NCBI GenBank assembly: GCA_934129885.1
Contig: CAKOWU010000007.1
Span: forward strand, 13,566 to 77,565
Direction of reading: 5' to 3'
Length of the DNA: 64,000 bases
Source of the DNA: an uncultured Bacilli bacterium
Lineage (GTDB): Bacteria; Bacillota_I; Bacilli_A; RF39; UBA660
Shown here: positions 60,897 to 64,000 of the stretch, one piece after another
Layout of the letters: each line of letters begins with the position of its first letter
How positions within the stretch are numbered: the first letter of the stretch is position 1
Position numbers and translations under genes: made by a program
Notes under the pieces: model-generated
What the model saw: the letters and a program-made list of their open reading frames with translations, nothing else
Database searches by the model: none
What the model was told of the DNA's origin: nothing

Positions 60897-61178
60897 CTAA
60901 TAAGATAACTTTTTTAATATGAAGTGCTTACACCCATAAGCACAATTTTCTTTGATATAATTTTCTATAGTCTCATAATCATTTAGCTTTTTATATTTAG
61001 GGTTTTCTTTTGTGCAAAAACCTTTCAGCCTAAGCCTTCCAGACGCCCAGTCGCCTAAAATATAATCATAATCATCAAAATAATCAGTAAGATTATCAGT
61101 AATAGCCTCTTTATCTACCGCATCACGATAATCTTTTATTATTTGATATTTTATTGTTCTAACTGTTATGGATTTCAT
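60897..61178 (-). CDS. YutD-like (DUF1027) protein
   Basis: DYDYILGDWASGRLRLKGF motif. Start choice among ATGs 61205/61184/61178 is uncertain. Confidence 0.65.
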   Translation of the reverse strand: MKSITVRTIKYQIIKDYRDAVDKEAITDNLTDYFDDYDYILGDWASGRLRLKGFCTKENPKYKKLNDYETIENYIKENCAYGCKHFILKKLSY

Positions 61179-61285
61179 AAACATCACCGATAAACATTTT
61201 ATCATGTATTTTTAGTCATAACAAGTCATTTATTTATGAGTATTATATGCACAATTTGAGAAATTCAGAAATTTATCAAATTACA

Positions 61286-61314
61286 TTGAAAACCAAAAGT
61301 AGATTTATTATAAT
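61286..61314 (+). promoter_or_regulatory. near-consensus sigma-A promoter of the small-ORF transcript
   Basis: TTGAAA (61286-61291), a 17-nt spacer, then TATAAT (61309-61314). The predicted TSS at about 61321 coincides with the 5' arm of the long-range helix. Confidence 0.6.
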
Positions 61315-61378
61315 GGCAATGGAACGTTTAACTGTTTAAGTGTCTACCAAATCTCACATAGAGAGGAGGTTTGATGTG

Positions 61379-61471
61379 ATGAAGAATAAAACTTTTATTA
61401 TAAGGTTTTTATTTCTTACTTCTATCAATCTATTACTACTAATCACCCTGATTATAGTAATCAAAAAATGA
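61379..61471 (+). CDS. 30-aa hydrophobic peptide, type-I-toxin-like
   Basis: GAGGAGG lies 9 nt upstream. Translation MKNKTFIIRFLFLTSINLLLLITLIIVIKK* has a single TM plus Lys ends, and sits inside a highly structured roughly 235-nt unit. Confidence 0.45.
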   Translation: MKNKTFIIRFLFLTSINLLLLITLIIVIKK

Positions 61472-61676
61472 CACTTAATTCATATGTGAATTAAATGTCA
61501 CAACCAATTATTTTAGGTAGACATTTAACATGGCAAGTTAAACGCTTCCTTTTTTTATTATATGCAAGAATCACTTGCTAAATGTATATTATCATAAAAA
61601 CTAAAACTTTTCAATATGCACATCACTTGATTTTTATATTAAAAAGTATATAATCTTTATCAAGAAAGGAGTAGTT

Positions 61677-61976
61677 ATGAAAAAAAATGTTAATATTCTT
61701 AACTTATACAGAAAAGTTATATGTTCTTTATTATGCATAATTAAAAACACAAAAAATTCTAATTTAAAAAATGAAACTTCAAAATACCTAGATGAATTTT
61801 TAAAGCAATATGAATTATATAATAATCAAGGAACATATTCTTTAAACAACTATGATAAAATTATAAATTTTTGTAACGAATGTTATGAAGACAAAGACAT
61901 CTTTGACTATGCAGAAGATGTTGAATACGGCTTGAAAGAACTAATGGAAATAACTATTAATAAAGGAGAAAATTAA
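61677..61976 (+). CDS. hypothetical protein
   Basis: AAGGAG RBS, 99 aa, coupled to the next ORF. Confidence 0.5.
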   Translation: MKKNVNILNLYRKVICSLLCIIKNTKNSNLKNETSKYLDEFLKQYELYNNQGTYSLNNYDKIINFCNECYEDKDIFDYAEDVEYGLKELMEITINKGEN

Positions 61977-61977
61977 A

Positions 61978-62529
61978 ATGGCAAAGAAAACAGACGGAGA
62001 TATATGGCTAGATGTAAATAGCAATGATAAAAAAGGGCACGTAAATATTTATGGAAGCGACCCTAAAAAACCACATAATGAATCTATACACGTTAATATT
62101 AATTATGATAAAGGGACTTTTACAATCAACGAAAAGTCCAATGGTAAAAAAACATCAACAAATTGCGGTTGTTATTTAACAACTGCATGTATGAGACATA
62201 AATTGGAACAATTTGACGATAATTGTGAAGAATTAACCATTCTTAGATGGCTTAGGGATAACTTTGTTTCAAAAGAAGATATAGAGCACTACTATGAATC
62301 TGCTCCAATTATTGTAGAAGCGATAGATAAACAAGAAAATAATGATGAATTATATAATTATATTTATTATAATATTATAAGTGCCTGTGTAGATGCGATA
62401 AAGAAAGGTGATTACGAATTTGCATATAACAGATATAGAAGTAGTATATTAACATTAGAAGAACAATTCATTAAACCTCAACTTGAAGAAAAGCCAATAA
62501 AAAGATTAAAATTGGAAAGATGTAATTAA
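61978..62529 (+). CDS. hypothetical protein with Cys-rich CGCYLTTAC motif and helical C-terminal half
   Basis: 183-aa ORF with GGAG upstream. Family not confidently recognised. Confidence 0.55.
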   Translation: MAKKTDGDIWLDVNSNDKKGHVNIYGSDPKKPHNESIHVNINYDKGTFTINEKSNGKKTSTNCGCYLTTACMRHKLEQFDDNCEELTILRWLRDNFVSKEDIEHYYESAPIIVEAIDKQENNDELYNYIYYNIISACVDAIKKGDYEFAYNRYRSSILTLEEQFIKPQLEEKPIKRLKLERCN

Positions 62530-62575
62530 ATTTGATGATGTTTTATCATCATTTTTTCAAAAAAATCACTAACTG

Positions 62576-63334
62576 TTACTTTTCAGTAGGTACTACAACT
62601 GACGGAGTTTCATCAGTTATACCATTAGAATAATATTTAGGAACAGTTCCAGTAACAATTTTCATAGCAACTGGGGCTTTAGTACTTACTTCTATTGGTT
62701 CGTTATAAAAAGGTAATATTACTTTTTCACTTATTTTTAAATTAACATAAACCTCTATCATAGCACTATTAATACCATAATTTTTAACCGTAGTAGATAT
62801 ATTACTAGTAGCGTCCCCTATTAAATTTATTTTAACAGGAATTTTAGGGCCAACATTTGAAAGTAAAACATTACCAGTAATAATACCTGGGGTAACCTGA
62901 TATATTATCCCCCTTTTTAAATTACTTTTGTCATAGTCTACCGTTATACTGTCTAAAAACTCTAAAGAATCAATATTGCCTTTTTCTATATTTCTTAAAT
63001 TTATTTGTATACTATTAGTGGTTTCCGTTAAAAATTTATTTATCAGTGGCGTATTAAAATCAATAGATTTTATCTCTCCTGTAGAATCAGTAGTTACAGT
63101 AAACATATCATCAGTACTTAACTCTTCCGTAATATGTTTGTTTATTGCCTTATTTATAATAATACTAGAAAACTTTTTGGCCTCCAGCGAAGCGTACTGC
63201 ATTATTATTGGAGAAATCCTTTTATTTGTATAGTTCAAAACCTGCAGGCATAAGAAAATAACTAGTATAATGATTAATATTAGTTTATTTGTTTTAGTTA
63301 ATTTTATACCCTTAGCTTTCTTTATTTTTTTCAT
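62576..63334 (-). CDS. yunB: sporulation protein YunB
   Basis: N-terminal TM. LSNVGPKIPVKINLIGDATSNISTTVKNYGINSAMIEVYVNLKISEKVILPF...KIVTGTVPKYY closely parallels B. subtilis YunB (GNLGPKIPVRFNLIGDA...YGINNALIDI...). Confidence 0.9.
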   Translation of the reverse strand: MKKIKKAKGIKLTKTNKLILIIILVIFLCLQVLNYTNKRISPIIMQYASLEAKKFSSIIINKAINKHITEELSTDDMFTVTTDSTGEIKSIDFNTPLINKFLTETTNSIQINLRNIEKGNIDSLEFLDSITVDYDKSNLKRGIIYQVTPGIITGNVLLSNVGPKIPVKINLIGDATSNISTTVKNYGINSAMIEVYVNLKISEKVILPFYNEPIEVSTKAPVAMKIVTGTVPKYYSNGITDETPSVVVPTEK

Positions 63335-63390
63335 AGTAATATATATGTATAAAATTAGTGTTTTAGGCTAAAAATATAACTGGTGATTTC

Positions 63391-63816
63391 ATGAAGATTA
63401 AAGATATTATGTCAAAGGATGTTATATGCTGTGATATAAATGATTCCATTAAAGATGTTTGCAACATAATGAAAAAGTACGATGTAGGTTTTATTGTTGT
63501 CTATGATAATGACAAAGTTTGTGGTTGTTTGACCGATAGAGATATCGTTTTAAATTATGGTAACGAAATAAAAGATATAATTAGTTCTAACTTAATTACC
63601 ATTAAACCAAGTGATACCTTGCGTTTTGCTGCAGAAATCATGGGCGAAAACAAGATCAAACGCATTATTGTTATAGATGAAGAAGATGCCTGCGGTGTTG
63701 TTAGTTTATCAGACTTAATTAGATATATAGACTGCTACGAAGAGATTAAAAAGATTTATTCCATTGATAAAAATGACGAATACCAAGAAGTTTCAGTTGA
63801 TGATTTCGAATTATAA
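63391..63816 (+). CDS. CBS domain pair protein
   Basis: Two CBS repeats (IMSKDVICC..., GCLTDRDIV, GVVSLSDLI). Confidence 0.82.
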   Translation: MKIKDIMSKDVICCDINDSIKDVCNIMKKYDVGFIVVYDNDKVCGCLTDRDIVLNYGNEIKDIISSNLITIKPSDTLRFAAEIMGENKIKRIIVIDEEDACGVVSLSDLIRYIDCYEEIKKIYSIDKNDEYQEVSVDDFEL

Positions 63817-63832
63817 AAGACACTAAATATTT

Positions 63833-64000
63833 TTATAGTGTCTTTTTAGTTTCAGTATTATCAGTATATGGTTCTTTTGATTTTTCTATATTATCAATAG
63901 CCCTAATAGCGTCATCTAGGCTGTCATTATCTAACTGGTTTATAAGTTTTATAAGTGGCCTTCTTTTAATAATATTTTTATAATCTTCAGATGTTAAGTC
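63833..64000 (-). CDS. hypothetical protein, 3' end only (partial)
   Basis: Open minus-strand frame from the window edge to TAA at 63835-63833 (...DLTSEDYKNIIKRRPLIKLINQLDNDSLDDAIRAIDNIEK...). The shared hairpin AAGACACTA/TAGTGTCTT overlaps its end. Confidence 0.3.
   Translation of the reverse strand, partial: DLTSEDYKNIIKRRPLIKLINQLDNDSLDDAIRAIDNIEKSKEPYTDNTETKKTL

Overview
Very AT-rich Bacillota-type chromosome segment. It uses the standard code: long ORFs are intact with TGA as stop and Trp is TGG. Most genes lie on the minus strand. The backbone is housekeeping: asnB, murD, ffh, feoAB, rpoE (delta), a class A PBP, pgsA, rnpB, gpsB, scpAB, ligA, pcrA, ssrA/smpB/rnr, rmuC, ftsEX and prfB with its +1 frameshift, plus tRNA-Leu and tRNA-Gln. 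Sporulation markers are also present (a SigK/SigE-like sigma factor and yunB). The stand-out is an accessory stretch at about 16.8-26.0 kb, bounded by decayed mobile-element remnants. It carries a diversity-generating-retroelement (DGR)-like locus with an architecture I do not recognise from described DGRs. Reading the minus strand, it runs: consensus promoter, 975-aa surface protein, seven promoterless tandem 105-bp cassettes, Avd-like ORF, unknown membrane-anchored ORF, DGR-type reverse transcriptase, amidoligase-like ORF. The variable module of the surface protein occupies codons 916-950, 25 codons before the stop, and is framed by two short GC-rich boxes. Each cassette carries the same two boxes. 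One silent cassette is 106/106 nt identical to the expressed module. The three cassettes nearest avd/RT are rich in Asn (AAC/AAT) codons like DGR template repeats, and the other four look diversified. Other points of interest are a type-I-toxin-like small ORF inside a transcript with paired ends, a paralogue of the DGR target broken by one in-frame TAG, two decayed BspA-type LRR genes, two Fic-domain genes (one with a degenerate motif), and a tnpB remnant. All calls come from reading the sequence and ORF track by eye. No database search was run, and family names are recognition-based inferences.
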